From Macrostomum lignano (lineage: Eukaryota), in contig NIVC01002230.1 in the NCBI GenBank assembly GCA_002269645.1, forward strand, positions 62,001 to 126,000: a DNA stretch of 64,000 nt, in the 5' to 3' direction. Under the pieces are notes generated by a model. That model did no database searches and was not told the DNA's origin. It saw nothing but the letters and a program-made list of their open reading frames with translations. The position numbers and the translations under genes were made by a program. Of this stretch, positions 24,754-40,251 are shown in pieces (the first letter of the stretch is position 1; each line of letters opens with the position of its first letter).

Positions 24754-25527
24754 TCACGGCGCCACAGCGCACGACACGCCGATGCTGCCGAGGCTCTGCT
24801 GCAGCTGCTGGCCGCTTTCGCCCGTCCGCCTGAGCTCCAAGAATGGCAGCTCCACCCTGGCCTGTCCCGGACACGGGCACCGGACATCCGGCAGCAGTCT
24901 GGGCAGCCTGGCGGCGTCAGCATTGATGAAGAACTGAGGCTGCGGCTGAGCTCGGGCCAACTGGCAGCTGACGGGCCGGTAGAGCGCGCCGTGGCGGCCC
25001 ACCATGGCGTCGAGGCGGCGCAGGTCGGCGCCAGTCAGCGGCTCCGGCCGCGGCGGCCTCAGCGGCGGGTGCAGCGCGGCGCAGCCGGTGCCGTGCAGGC
25101 GGGTCACCAGACGGAGGCGCTGGCCGCCGCCGCCGCCATCCAGCGGCTCCAGAGACGCCACGGGCAGGCGGGCGGGGCGGCAGCGGGTGCTTGGCCGGCT
25201 GCCCCTCCAGCTTAGAGCAGTCGGACAGTGGCAGGTGGATTTGTAGCGCCGGGTTGGCAGCGAGTTGGCCGGCAGCTGAGTCGTGAGCTCGAATTTGTCG
25301 ATGCAGACGCTATCGGCATTCTCCGCCAGATTCGGAGAATTTCGCACTCTTTGGCTGAGGTTGCAGTAAAATGTAATTGTTAATGTTGTAGTCTTGTAGT
25401 TGTCAAATCTCAGGTTCGCGCTCCCGGCGCCCCAGCCGCAGGCAACGTGCTCAGTCTCGGATCTGAGCTGCTCTGCCTCTAGTAGCAGCAGAAACGACAA
25501 AATCGAAGCCAAGCAACTTGGCGACAT
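24754..25527 (-). CDS. Cassette B ligand: secreted intronless double IL-17-like protein, 257 aa
   Basis: ATG at 25527, signal peptide MSPSCLASILSFLLLLEA. ACGWGAGS is shared with ligand A. Module 1 is divergent (ENADSVC...LPTRRYKSTCHC). From ARLPVASLEPLD onward the protein is almost identical to ligand A. Confidence 0.75.
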   Translation of the reverse strand: MSPSCLASILSFLLLLEAEQLRSETEHVACGWGAGSANLRFDNYKTTTLTITFYCNLSQRVRNSPNLAENADSVCIDKFELTTQLPANSLPTRRYKSTCHCPTALSWRGSRPSTRCRPARLPVASLEPLDGGGGGQRLRLVTRLHGTGCAALHPPLRPPRPEPLTGADLRRLDAMVGRHGALYRPVSCQLARAQPQPQFFINADAARLPRLLPDVRCPCPGQARVELPFLELRRTGESGQQLQQSLGSIGVSCAVAP

Positions 25528-26049
25528 TATCAAGCGGCGGTTGATATTTCCAAGGAAGATTGAGGTCTCCTGCTTGCTGGAGGTGCAGAACTGCGCGAGC
25601 TAAATAGTCTAATCTGCTTCCTGCTTCCTCGCAGCAACCAAAGCCCGTGGTAGTTTTGCAAATTTGGCAAGCGGGGCAGGCTAAATTCGGCTGCCATTCG
25701 CTGCGATCGGATGCCAAAATTAATCCTGCAGTCCCGACTTGGTGCTCCGCCAAGTGATCGGCAAATGTTCCAGGGGCCCTATCAGGGTAGCAACCGCATC
25801 GATTTAAGTTCCGCCTGTTATATTTTCGGATGCAGAGTGATCTAAATCGCTTGGCTGGAACAGGGCAGGGGCGGATCCGGGAGGGGGGCTTTGGGGACTG
25901 AAATCCCAATACTCACACAGAGTTCCATCCATTCACACAGCCCCTGCCTATTCCACACAGTACCCTCTTTATTAAATCAGCATGCCCTTCGATTCACACA
26001 GCCAGCCTCTCAATTTACACAGCTTTTCCATCAATTCACTCAGCCTGCT

Positions 26050-26352
26050 ACTCGATTAGACATTAGCCATAGACATTAGCCATCGACATTAGCCATAGAC
26101 ATTAGCCATCGACATTAGCCATAGACATTAGCCATAGACATTAGCCATAGACAGTGGCAATAGACAGTGACTGGCCATAGACAGTGACTGGCCATAGACA
26201 GTGACTGGCCATAGACAGTGACTGGCCATAGACAGTGACTGGCCATAGACAGTGACTGGCCATAGACAGTGACTGGCCATAGACAGTGACTGGCCATAGA
26301 CAGTGACTGGCCATAGACAGTGACTGGCCATAGACATTGACTGGCCATAGAC
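26050..26352. repeat. Compound minisatellite (13-bp CATAGACATTAGC, then 17-bp CATAGACAGTGACTGGC)
   Basis: Two related units in succession. Confidence 0.9.
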
Positions 26353-26835
26353 AATTAATTAACACCTGAAGGTCATTCAGAGGCTCACATCTTTGCTTCC
26401 TGTGAATGTCTGTGAATGCCTATTCCTGTGAAAAGAGCCAAGCGCCTAACTCACTACAATTACTTCCTCAAATAAGTCGCAAAAATTTGATTCAAATTCA
26501 AAATTGCTGCAAAGCCTGTACTGCTGCAAGGTCAACGGCAATCGGCCCCATTAATACGTAGAAATTCGAATTTAAGCCGCTATCCCCCGCGGCGAATTCC
26601 CGGCCAGAGAGCGGGAAGTCCTCAATTTCGAATTTTGTCATCGAAAATTCTTCACCGCAGGACTCGCTCCTGATTTCTCGATGATTTCTGGAGAGCCTGC
26701 AGATCCCCGCTGAGCCCCCGGGGCCCAAGCCGAGTGGGGTATTTAAGGTGAGCCGCCAGCTGCCGCCTGCATTGCCAGCAGCTGACATCGAATTTCTAAG
26801 AATTTCTAAGAATTCTCGTTTCAGGATAAACAAGC

Positions 26836-27225
26836 ATGAGCTTCTCCTCCCTGCTCTGGATTCTCCTAGCCGTCTCCGTTGCGGCAGCAACTGCCGTCGG
26901 GCCGGCAGCGCAGCAGCAGCGGGATGAGCAGCAGCAGCAGCAGCAGGACGAGCTCATGCCCGCCGATTTGCTGCCGCTGATGAAGCCGTGGCAGCGGTGC
27001 CTGTATTTCTGCAACCACTGCTTCAAGACACCTGAACAGGTCTCTGCCAGTCTATTAGAGTTAGTTTGATTAACACCTGCCATTAACACCTGCATCCCAT
27101 CCTTCTTGCAGACTTCCGAGCTGCTGCACTGCGCGAACAGCTGGTGCCTCACCGACTTGGTGAAGTCGGGCGCCCCATCGAAGGAGGCGGTCAGGGCCTG
27201 TCCCATGATGCAGCTGCTGCAGTGA
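26836..27225 (+). CDS. Secreted six-cysteine peptide precursor, eclosion-hormone-like, 105 aa
   Basis: Exons 26836-27039 and 27112-27225 (phase-0 GT-AG intron of 72 nt). Signal peptide, then poly-Q, then CLYFCNHC-x12-CANSWC-x17-C, which resembles the EH spacing CxxxCxxC-x12-CxxxC-x10-C. Confidence 0.65.
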
Positions 27226-27454
27226 CCGGCTGAGCTCAATATCGCTACTAATTATTACTGATAACTGATAAAAGGAATGCAAAACAGCCTTTGAGTTCGA
27301 GTCAAAATACAGCCTGACCTCTCTGAACTTTCAACTTTGAACTTGGCCTTGTGTCTTCTGTCTTTATAAATCATGAAGCAAAGCCGGATCGCGGAAGCAT
27401 AGTGTAGGGAATGCTGAAGCGTCAAGTTCAGAGGTTTAAAAGGAGCCTGTTGAA

Positions 27455-28415
27455 GTTTCAGAAACTGTTTAAAGTGTCAGGAGCTGTTTGAAGTGTCAGG
27501 AGCTGTTTGAAGTGTCAGGAGCTGTTTGAAGTGTCAGGAGCTGTTTGAAGTGTCAGGAGCTGTTTGAAGTGTCAGGAGCTGTTTGAAGTGTCAGAAGCTG
27601 TTTGAAGTGTCAGAAACTGTTTAAAGTGTCAGAAACTGTTTAAAGTGTCAAGAGCTGTTTGAAGTGTCAGGAGCTGTTTAAAGTGTCAGGAGCTGTTTGA
27701 AGTGCCAGGAGCTGTTTGAAGTGTCAGGAGCTGTTTAAAGTGTCAGGAGCTGTTTGAAGTGTCAGGAGCTGTTTAAAGTGTCAGGAGCTGTTTAAAGTGT
27801 CAGGAGCTGTTTAAAGTGTCAGGAGCTGTTTGAAGTGCCAGGAGCTGTTTGAAGTGTCAGGAGCTGTTTGAAGTGTCAGGAGCTGTTTAAAGTGTCAGGA
27901 GCTGTTTAAAGTGTCAGGAGCTGTTTGAAGTGCCAGGAGCTGTTTGAAGTGTCAGGAGCTGTTTGAAGTGTCAGAAGCTGTTAAAAGTGTCAGGAGCTGT
28001 TTGAAGTGTCAGGAGCTGTTTGAAGTGTCAGCTGTTTGAAGTGTCAGAAACTGTTTAAAGTGTCAGGAGCTGTTTAAAGTGTCAGGAGCTGTTTAAAGTG
28101 TCAGGAGCTGTTTAAAGTGTCAGGAGCTGTTTGAAGTGCCAGGAGCTGTTTAAAGTGTCAGAAATTGTTTAAAGTGTCAGAAATTGTTTAAAGTGTCAAG
28201 AGCTGTTTGAAGTGTCAGGAGCTGTTTAAAGTGTCAGAAATTGTTTAAAGTGTCAGAAATTGTTTAAAGTGTCAAGAGCTGTTTGAAGTGTCAGGAGCTG
28301 TTTGAAGTGTCAGGAGCTGTTTGAAGTGTCAGCTGTTTGAAGTGTCAGAAACTTTTTAAAGTGTCAGGAGCTGTTTAAATTGTCAGGAACTGTTTGAGGT
28401 GTCAGGAGCTGTTTA
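27455..28415. repeat. Minisatellite, 19-bp unit (GAAGTGTCAGGAGCTGTTT)
   Basis: About 50 tandem copies. Confidence 0.95.
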
Positions 28416-29139
28416 GTGTCAAAAAATAGTGCTAGAAACTAGTGTTAGTATCAAAAACAGGTGAAGTAGTCAGGAACAAACAGCCCTAAACCCACCCAGC
28501 TGAAATAATAATACACTGGAAGCAATAAATCATTTCATTAGCGGAAAATAGTTTAGCAGACTAATGCTAAGGAGTCAATCAGCCAGAGAGGGCTTTGCAT
28601 CAAACTGTGGATGACAATATTTACTAACGAAAGGGCTAATTGTTGCTAAAAATAGCATTTTGCACAATTTCTCCTGCAATGTTCTCAATACCCTACTGAA
28701 TAAGTAGGCTACTAAGGAATGCGAATGAAAGATTTGACAACGCTAAAAGACATAAAAAGCAGAAATTATATCGAAAAATAAGGCCAAATCCGCTAGAGAC
28801 ATCGCTGAAAAGTGTCGGTGGCACTTTTTATAAATATAAGGCTATCAATTTCCTCTGAAGGCAGCTCATAGGTGCGAAATACATGTTATAAACTTATAGG
28901 ATAAAACCGCATAGTAGTTAGAAGAACACAGAAGATGCAGAAAACCTTTCTAGAAAATCTAAGAAAATAGATTTAAATGTTTAATATTAACAAAAGGAAT
29001 TACGCCGCACAGACAGCTGTCACATTGCTTTTGTACAGGAATTCGCTAATTTACAACGGAAATGTCAAAATCGAGACGCCAATGTGAATTTTAGATTATA
29101 GTTCTAAAACCGTATCTTCTGTTCAACCCTTGTTCAATA

Positions 29140-29895
29140 CTTGTTGATTCCCTGTTGACTCCCTGTTGACTCCCTGTTGATTCCCTGTTGACTCCCTGTT
29201 GACTCCCTGTTGATTCCCTGTTGACTCCCTGTTGATTCCCTGTTGACTCCCTGTTGACTCCCTGTTGACTCCCTGTTGATTCCCTGTTGACTCCCTGTTG
29301 ACTCCCTGTTGACTCCCTGTTAACTCCCTGTTGACTCCCTGTTGACTCCCTGTTGACTCCCTGTTGATTCCCTGTTGACTCCCTGTTGACTCCCTGTTGA
29401 CTCCCTCTTGATTCCCTGCTGATTTCCTGTTGATTCCCTGTTGATTCCTGTTGATTCCCTGTTAACTCCCTGTTGATTCCCTGCTGATTTCCTGTTGATT
29501 CCCTGTTGACTCCCTCTTGATTCCCTGTTAACTCCCTGTTGATTCCCTGTTGATTTCCTGTTGATTCCCTGTTGACTCCCTGTTGATTCCCTGTTGACTC
29601 CCTCTTGATTCCATGTTGATTCCCTGTTGACTCCCTGTTGACTCCCTCTTGATTCCATGTTGACTCCCTGTTAACTCCCTCTTGATTCCATGTTGTAGGC
29701 TACTAATTTTCTGTTGATTTCCTGTTGATTTCCTGTTGATTCTTTGTTGACTGTTGATTCCCTGTTAACTCCCTGTTGACTCCCTGGTAACTCCCTGTTG
29801 ATTCCTGTTGATTCCCTGTTGATTTCCTGTTGACTCCCTGTTCAGTCCCTGCTCATTCCCTGTTGACTCCCTGTTGACTCCCTGTTGATTCCCTG
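29140..29895. repeat. Minisatellite, 11-bp unit (CTCCCTGTTGA)
   Basis: Degenerate tandem copies. Confidence 0.93.
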
Positions 29896-30088
29896 TTCCG
29901 TATCTGATAAATCAGTAGTTGCATTAATAAGCAGTTTGCAATGCATTTGCAGAGAATGAAATATGCACAATATTGCCCAGAACAGAAGGCACAACAGCAA
30001 AATAAATTCAACAAGTTTTTATGCACGGTGAATATAAAAATGAAGTAGCAAAAAAACTGATTCCTACGATTGCAGCTTCTCCAGGGCT

Positions 30089-33039
<2,951 letters not shown>

Positions 33040-33623
33040 TCTGAAAGGGTCGAGTCTAGATCAGACGCTACTTTAAATTTTAAAGAAAAATCTATTGTCT
33101 TTTATTACTGCATCATTGTTCAACAGTTTCACTGCGAATCTGCTGCGTCAAGTTAAAAATGCTAGATTAGATAATTCGATGTTTATAATTATAAAACATT
33201 AAAAAGGGCCGTTAAAATACAAGTCAAATATAAAGAACCAAACTAAACATAAATGATTTATTTTAGCTTTCAGCTTACTAGCTTGTAAAAAAAACTACAT
33301 CGAAATAAAACCAATGGTACATACATTTTAATATTTTGTTAATGATAGTGTTTGGCTATTAAATATTGTTTTAATGCATCCAAACACTGACAAACCCTTT
33401 ACTTTACACGGCGCCGTCATGCCCTGTAATCGTGAAGTTCATCAATCTGACAGTCTTCCTATTCTCTCTATAATATTAACATACATGTACGTAAACGTGC
33501 ACATGTAAATGAAATGTTATTTAATAAATTTTGTAAACGTTACTTAATATTTAAATTTTCAGGCACTCAAAGAATCTAGGCTCGGAAATTTGCCAGTAAT
33601 AGCTAGATAGGTTATCCACGAGG

Positions 33624-33790
33624 CAGTGGCGTAGCCAGGGGGGCGGGGGGGGGGGCCGCGGCCCTCCCAATCGCCTGGGGGTGGGGTTGGGCGCGGCGGG
33701 TACCCAAAACCATGAGGCAATTGGGAGTGCCTGCGCGCCAAAATGAGTGCCTGCGGCACGTACTCAAAGCTCTCTTTGAGTACGCCACTG
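33624..33790. mobile_element. hAT-type MITE, 167 bp
   Basis: TIR CAGTGGCGTA / TACGCCACTG with a perfect 8-bp TSD CCACGAGG (33616-33623 and 33791-33798). Confidence 0.88.
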
Positions 33791-34320
33791 CCACGAGGCG
33801 CACTCATTGAGAGCTTGGGCGAGGCAGAGCCAAACTAGCAGTTAGGCACACAGAAGGCTGAGACAGTTAAGACAATAGACGAAAGCAAGTACTGTACACG
33901 TATACATGTACTACGAGCTACAATAGAGGCCAACAAGTGGATCAATGCAGCAAACGAAGAATTACATATGTACATGTAAGAAAGATTGTACATGTAAGTT
34001 CGCCCAGCTCCCCTCCCCATGGATAGCCAGGTAAATTCAACTATAATTTAACTTACGTACATATACTACTGTACGTACATATACATAACCTTTATGTAAC
34101 GGCAGCTAGCTATTTGTTATGTGTATACATGTACCTGTGTAAGATGGTTTGCTTAGTTGATTGCGTGTGCGCACGTTCACTAGCTCTTATGTACATTTGC
34201 TCGCTGTACAATGATAATATATAAGTGAATGCCTTGGCGCCCTGGGCAGCCAAGAGTCGGTCTACGCCTTAAGCCAATTTCTCATTTTCGCTTGTTCTTA
34301 CATTGGTGGCAGCGGCGGCT

Positions 34321-35163
34321 ATGACTGAAAATGAAGGCAGTGCAGAGAGCCCTACAGTGGCGGTGACTCAGCCCCAAGCTAGTTTTGTCAACATGTTTTT
34401 GCGGCCGCCTCAATACCAGCATGGACAAGACTTTGAACTTTGGCTGGCACGATTCAACAATTTCGCATCATCTCTTCCTGTCGATCAGCGCAAGAATGCT
34501 CTGCTGTCATTCCTCGACGACAAATCATATCAAGCGGCCAACAATTTGGATGCTTCCCTGTCCTACGACGACTTTGAGAAGGCTCTGAAAAATCGATTTC
34601 GGCCATCAACATCCTCTGCTGAGCTGCAGGCGCGGTTCTTCAATCTGACTCAAAAGGACGGTCAGTCGGTTGCAGACTATTCCGATGCCCTGATCGTTGC
34701 GGCAAAGTGTGCGTTCCCGAGTCTGATGGAGACGAAAGCAGGTGCCGAGCAGGAGACGTCGGTGACAGCGAAGGACGAGCTTCTCAAAGGTCGGTTTCTA
34801 TCCGGATTGAGGGACCCAGCTGTGCGAATGCAGACGCAGATGCAGGCAAAGGCGACATTCGCTGATACAGTTGAAACAGCGCGATTCGTGGAATCGATAC
34901 AGTCGCAAGGAGGCACTGCTACGGCTCTAGCTGCTGAGGTTCCCGAAGCCTTTGCAGTCGGAATTCAACGGTCCCTGAAGGAGCTGTCCAACAAGCTCAG
35001 CCGCTGGGAGTCAAAGGACCAGGATCATCGTCAGAGCGGCGACAGACGCAGAGTTGTGACATGCTGGAAGTGCGGTAAGCCGGGCCATGTTCAAAGATTT
35101 TGCACTCAGAAGTCGGGAAACTTCGATGGAGCGGCGACCGCCGGGGTGCCGTTCCGCAAGTGA
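34321..35163 (+). CDS. gag: Gypsy-1 Gag with CCHC zinc knuckle
   Basis: Contains CWKCGKPGHVQRFC. A slippery GGGAAAC at 35115-35121 lies before the stop. Confidence 0.9.
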   Translation: MTENEGSAESPTVAVTQPQASFVNMFLRPPQYQHGQDFELWLARFNNFASSLPVDQRKNALLSFLDDKSYQAANNLDASLSYDDFEKALKNRFRPSTSSAELQARFFNLTQKDGQSVADYSDALIVAAKCAFPSLMETKAGAEQETSVTAKDELLKGRFLSGLRDPAVRMQTQMQAKATFADTVETARFVESIQSQGGTATALAAEVPEAFAVGIQRSLKELSNKLSRWESKDQDHRQSGDRRRVVTCWKCGKPGHVQRFCTQKSGNFDGAATAGVPFRK

Positions 35164-38100
35164 GAATCCCGGCGCAACCAGTCGTAGAGGTGTCCTGCTC
35201 AGCCACTGGTGCCAACATGCTGGTAAACTGTCGCATCCTGCCAATGTGTGTCCCTGCCAGCTGTCTAGTTGACACTGGGTGTTCCCAGTCTTTGATGTCA
35301 AGTTCCCTGTTTCGCAAGCTGAATGAGAGGCTCCTGCCTTTGACGACTCCGGTGCAGTTGAAGCTGGCAGACGGTAACTATTTGGCTGCCTGTGGTTGGC
35401 AGGAAGTGCAGCTAAGTTTCGGTGTGGCAACGGTTCGACAAAGAGTTTTAGTTGTCGACAATCTGGCCAAGGATTTTTTGCTGGGTGCAGATTTCCTGGC
35501 AAACTGTGGCTGCGTCATCGACTGCAATCGCCAAACGCTCACTGTGTGCGGTCAGCAAGTAAAAATGGAGTCATCGGCAGCAAGTAGCTGTGTATTCGCC
35601 GTTGAGGTAGCAGACAGGACAACCGTGCCCGCTGGTCACGAAATCGTCTTCCCAGCGAGATTGGCAAGTGAGTCAGATGCAGCTGTTGATGGTGAGTGCG
35701 GCATTTTTGAGCCTGACAATTCGAAGGACATCTCCACGGTCATGTGTGGAGCGCGCAGCCTCTCGGTGTTGCGAGGAGGACTCATCGCTGTTCACTATGT
35801 CAATACGGACACCAAGCCGCATACATTTTACCCCGGAACAAGACTGGGGACTTTTGAGCCGATGTCAGATGGTGCCGATGCAGAGTTGTCAATGCAAGTT
35901 GAGACAGTGAAAGGTCAAATCGCCGAGTATGTACCAAATGTGCACATTGATGAGAAAAATCTTACAGCCAATCAAGTTCAGTGTGTCAAAGATCTTCTGC
36001 ATCAGTACCAGGATGTGTTCTCGAAAAGTCCAAACGACCTGGGCTGCACTTCACTCCTTGACCACAAAATTGACACCGGGTCGGCGAAACCTATCAGAGT
36101 GCCTCCTCGTAGATTGTCGCCGCCGAACCAGCGAGCTGTGTCAGAGATGGTCGAGCAGATGGTGAGAGACGACATCGTAGAGCCTTCGAATTCTCCGTGG
36201 TCGAGCCCGGTCATTCTGGTGAAGAAGAAGGACGGCAGTTTGCGCTTCGTGAACGACTTCAGACTGCTCAACTCCGTGACCGTCAAAGACAGTCATCCAC
36301 TGCCTCACACCAGCGATCTGATCGATGCTCTCGCAGGATCCACAATGTTCTCAACGCTCGACTTCACTAGCGGGTACACCCAGGTGATGCTGGACTCAGA
36401 GAGTCGCGCAAAAACAGCATTTCCTGCGCCACAAGGATTATTCCAGTACAAGAGACTACCGCAAGGTGTGTGCAATGGTCCTGCCACGTTTTCAAGGCTG
36501 ATGGAACTCGTTCTGAAGGGCCTCCGATGGGAAGTGTGCCTGTCATTTCTTGACGACGTTGTCATCTTTTCGAAAGGATTCGAGGAGCATCTGCGGCGTC
36601 TTGAGCTTGTGTTGCAGAAATTCAGAACCGCTAACCTGAAGTTGAAGCTGACCAAGTGCCACTTGTGCTATCAGGAGATCTCATTTCTTGGCTTTCGAAT
36701 CTCAAAAGATGGCGTGACCACTGACCCGGACAAGGTGAAAGCAGTGCAGGAGTGGCCAACGCCCGAAGATCGTTCAGAAGTGCGACAATTCCTGGGGTTG
36801 TGTGGCTACTATCGTCATTTCGTTAAAAACTACAGTGAGATTGCTGAACCGCTGTACAAGCTAACGCAAAAGGACGTGACCTTCAGCTGGACTCTCGAAT
36901 GCTCAGCAGCATTTAATCGCCTAAAGCAGTGCCTTACTTCCAGCCCAGTCCTCATCATGCCGACATTCGCAGAAGACGCTGAGTTCGTGCTGGATACCGA
37001 TGCCTCTGGCGTGGCCATCTCCGGAGTTCTTCAAGAGCGCCGTGGTGGCAGGACGCAGGTGGTGGCGTACGGCAGTCGCATTCTGTCCAAAGCAGAGAGA
37101 AATTACTGCACAACGAGGCGTGAGCTGCTGGCAATTGTGCACTTCGTCGGTCACTATCGCAGCTACTTGTTAGGAAAAAGATTCACACTACGTACTGATC
37201 ACGCCTCGCTGATCCATCTTCTGCGCTTTCGAGATCCCGATGGTCAGCTGGCACGGTGGCTGGATAAGCTAAGCGAATTCGACTACCAGACGGAGTATCG
37301 CAAGGGCGAGAAACATGGAAATGCAGACGCACTTAGTCGGCGACCGTGTCGAAAAGGACCTTGCCTGTGCAGTGGCTCTGCGCTCGCTGTCGAGTTCAAT
37401 GACGACAGCGCGATTCGACGAGCACAGGCAGAGGATCGGTGCATGCAGAAGCTGGCGAACTGCTTGCGAGATGGCCAACCACCGGATAAGGCAGAGACGG
37501 ACGGCTGGAGCAATCGGCAGCGGCAACTGCTGTCCGAGTTTAAGCGGCTGACACTGGTGAACGGACTGCTGTGCCGCCAATGGGAATCCGAAGATGGCAG
37601 CGCCTTTTGTCAGCAGCTGCTGGTGCCAGAGAGTCTACAGCGCGATGTTTTTGTCGAAGCTCATGCTGGAACGAGCGGCAGCCACTGCGGACCGCAGAAG
37701 ACCATAGAAAAGATCAGGGCGCGACTCTACTGGCCTGGAATGACAGCAGATGTGACTGACTGGTGTGCTGCGTGCCTCGAATGCGCGACACTGAAAGATT
37801 CTGGCCAGCACAGGCGGGCACCTCTACAGAGCATGGCGGTCGCAGCGTTGGCCAGCGACTGGAAATGGACTTCATGGTGGGCCTGCCGAGGACCGATCGT
37901 GGAAATTCAGTCATCCTGGTAGTCATCGACACCTTCAGCAAGTGGACTGAGGCCTTTCCACTGCCGTCTCAAGACGCTGAGACCACAGCCCGGACGTTTG
38001 TCAACGAGTGGGTGGCTCGCTTTGGAGTCCCGCAGTCGGTGCACACCGACCAGGGTCGGAACTGGGAGTCACAGCTGTTTCAAGAGACGATGCGGCTGCT

Positions 38101-39004
38101 GAAAATCGACAAGACTCGGACGACAGGCTACCACCCTGAAGGAGACGGCGGTTGCGAACGGATGAACCGGACACTGGTGCAGCTGCTGCGAGCATGGGTG
38201 AACGAGAATCAGCGAGACTGGGATCTTCATCTGCAGATTGCACTGATGGGCTACCGCACTTCAGTCCACAAGTCGACTGGTCAGACACCTTCGGCGATGC
38301 ATTTCGGCCGGGAACTGCGACTACCACTGGACTTGGCATACGGAGGTCTGGCGCCGGATAGGCAACGTCCTTGTGAATGGGTGGCCGAGCTGCGGAGCCG
38401 GCTGCAGACATCGCACGAGAGGGCGCGACAAAACTTGGAGGCAGCGCAACTGCACCAGAAGGCAGCGTACGACAGGAGGTGCCACGGCGAGGCATTCAGC
38501 GAGAACGATCTGGTCTGGCTGCACAATCCGGCGCTGAAGCGAGGCGAGAGCCGAAAATTTCATCGATGGTGGACTGGGCCATGGCGCGTCAAAAAGCAGA
38601 TCTCAGACGTCACCTACCGCATTCAGCACGAGGCCAATGCACGACGGCGAAGGGTGGTGCATTTCAATCGCCTGAAGCCATGCAACACGGCCAGTCCAGC
38701 TGCAGCACCTCAATTGCAACCAGCGGCGCAACTGCACAATCCTGACGAGGACGACCTGAGATTTGACGGCGTCCCAGCCGGCGCCCCAGCCGGCGCCCAA
38801 GCCGGCGACCCAGCCGGCGCCCCAGCCGGCGACCCAGCCGGCGCCCCAGTCGGCGCCCCGGTCGGCGCCCCAGCCGGCACCCCAATCGGCGCCCCGGTCG
38901 GCGCCCCTGCTGATGTTCCAGAGCATCCAGAACAGCCTGTATTGCGCCGAAGTGAGAGGGCCCGTGCCCCGCCAGAATTTTTTGGTGAAGTGTATACTCA
39001 TTGA
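35115..39004 (+). CDS. pol: Gypsy-1 Pol in the -1 frame (PR, RT, RNase H, integrase), one frameshift near 37850
   Basis: LVDTGCS protease; RT motifs LRFVNDFR and FLDD; RNase H motifs TDAS and RRELLAIV; HHCC; then, in the shifted frame, MDFMVGLP...TDQG...CERMNRTL and GPW. Confidence 0.9.
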
Positions 39005-40251
39005 ATGCAGATTTTCTTAGATAGTTTTTTTTAAACATTGGCATTGCTTAAGTTCATTTTAATTTCCACTTTTATTTCCCTCAAATATTTATTCGTTCAA
39101 ATATTCGATCAGAATTCGTCGAACTCATACTCGTAACTTTTTTTAACACAACGAAAAATGCAGAAAGTGAGTGGAACACTTTTTGAAAGAAGGAGAGCAT
39201 TGTAAGATGGTTTGCTTAGTTGATTGCGTGTGCGCACGTTCACTAGCTCTTATGTACATTTGCTCGCTGTACAATAATAATATATAAGTGAATGCCTTGG
39301 CGCCCTGGGCAGCCAAGAGTCGGTCTACGCCTTAAGCCAATTTCTCGTTTTCGCTTGTTCTTACACCTGTATAGTATTATTACAACACACTTAACATTGC
39401 TCGAATGTCGAAACCATCCATTATTGAATTATAGCCTCTTGGAGTATGCAGGTACATGTAAATTCTGCCGCTAAACTCACACACGTATACTGATCCAAAC
39501 GAAGCTATGTGCAGAACTGAGAGTTCAAAATGTTTTGAATATCCTTAATGTACACAAAACAGCGATTTTTGTTCAAGTTCTGGTTCGCATGAAATGTAAA
39601 GTCTGAAATGAAATGCAAAGACTTACATGTAAATGTACGCTCGTATGCCTCCACACGAGCAAAAGTGTCCAGCAAAATTGGATTGGATATTGGTCTATTG
39701 ACCAATAATTGACCATGTTATTGACCACATATATGTAATATAGTACATGTAATTATTACACCAATTCTGATAGATGACTTCGATCTACATGTACATAAAG
39801 ACCTGCGCGCTCCTTCACCACGCGTCACTCGACACCTGCATGTAACACCTATTTTATACGAGTTAGATTGCTCACTGTACATGTGTCTTTCAAGAGTACT
39901 ACCTCCTTACATCCTCTAAGAAAATAAAGAATCAATTAGCAAGAAAAATTTGCACCTGGAGGAAAATTAATTGGTTTAGATCGTAATTAGTTTAATAGCT
40001 TAATCTGTTCGTTGTTTTTGACAACGGAGTATATAACTTATGAACAATTGGTACCTTGAATTGTGTGCATAAATTAGCTGATTCATTAATAGACCAGCAA
40101 TTCAGCGCACTTAGAAAGTTTTAGATAACGAGTACTTGCATGCACTAATTTCTAGTAAAGCAAGCTTGAGTTCAAAAAGTTTCGGAGTTCAAAGTTCGTC
40201 CTACGTGTAGAACTGACAGTAAATAAATATTCTTTCTATTACACTTTAACC

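Larger units (their letters stand above)
34138..39365 (+). mobile_element. Near-intact Ty3/Gypsy LTR retrotransposon (Gypsy-1)
   Basis: 165-bp LTRs (34138-34302 and 39201-39365; TG..CA; 2 differences seen), 4-bp TSD CCTG, PBS TGGTGGCAGCGG (tRNA-Leu-like) and PPT GAAAGAAGGAGAG. Domain order is gag, PR, RT, RH, IN. Confidence 0.97.
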
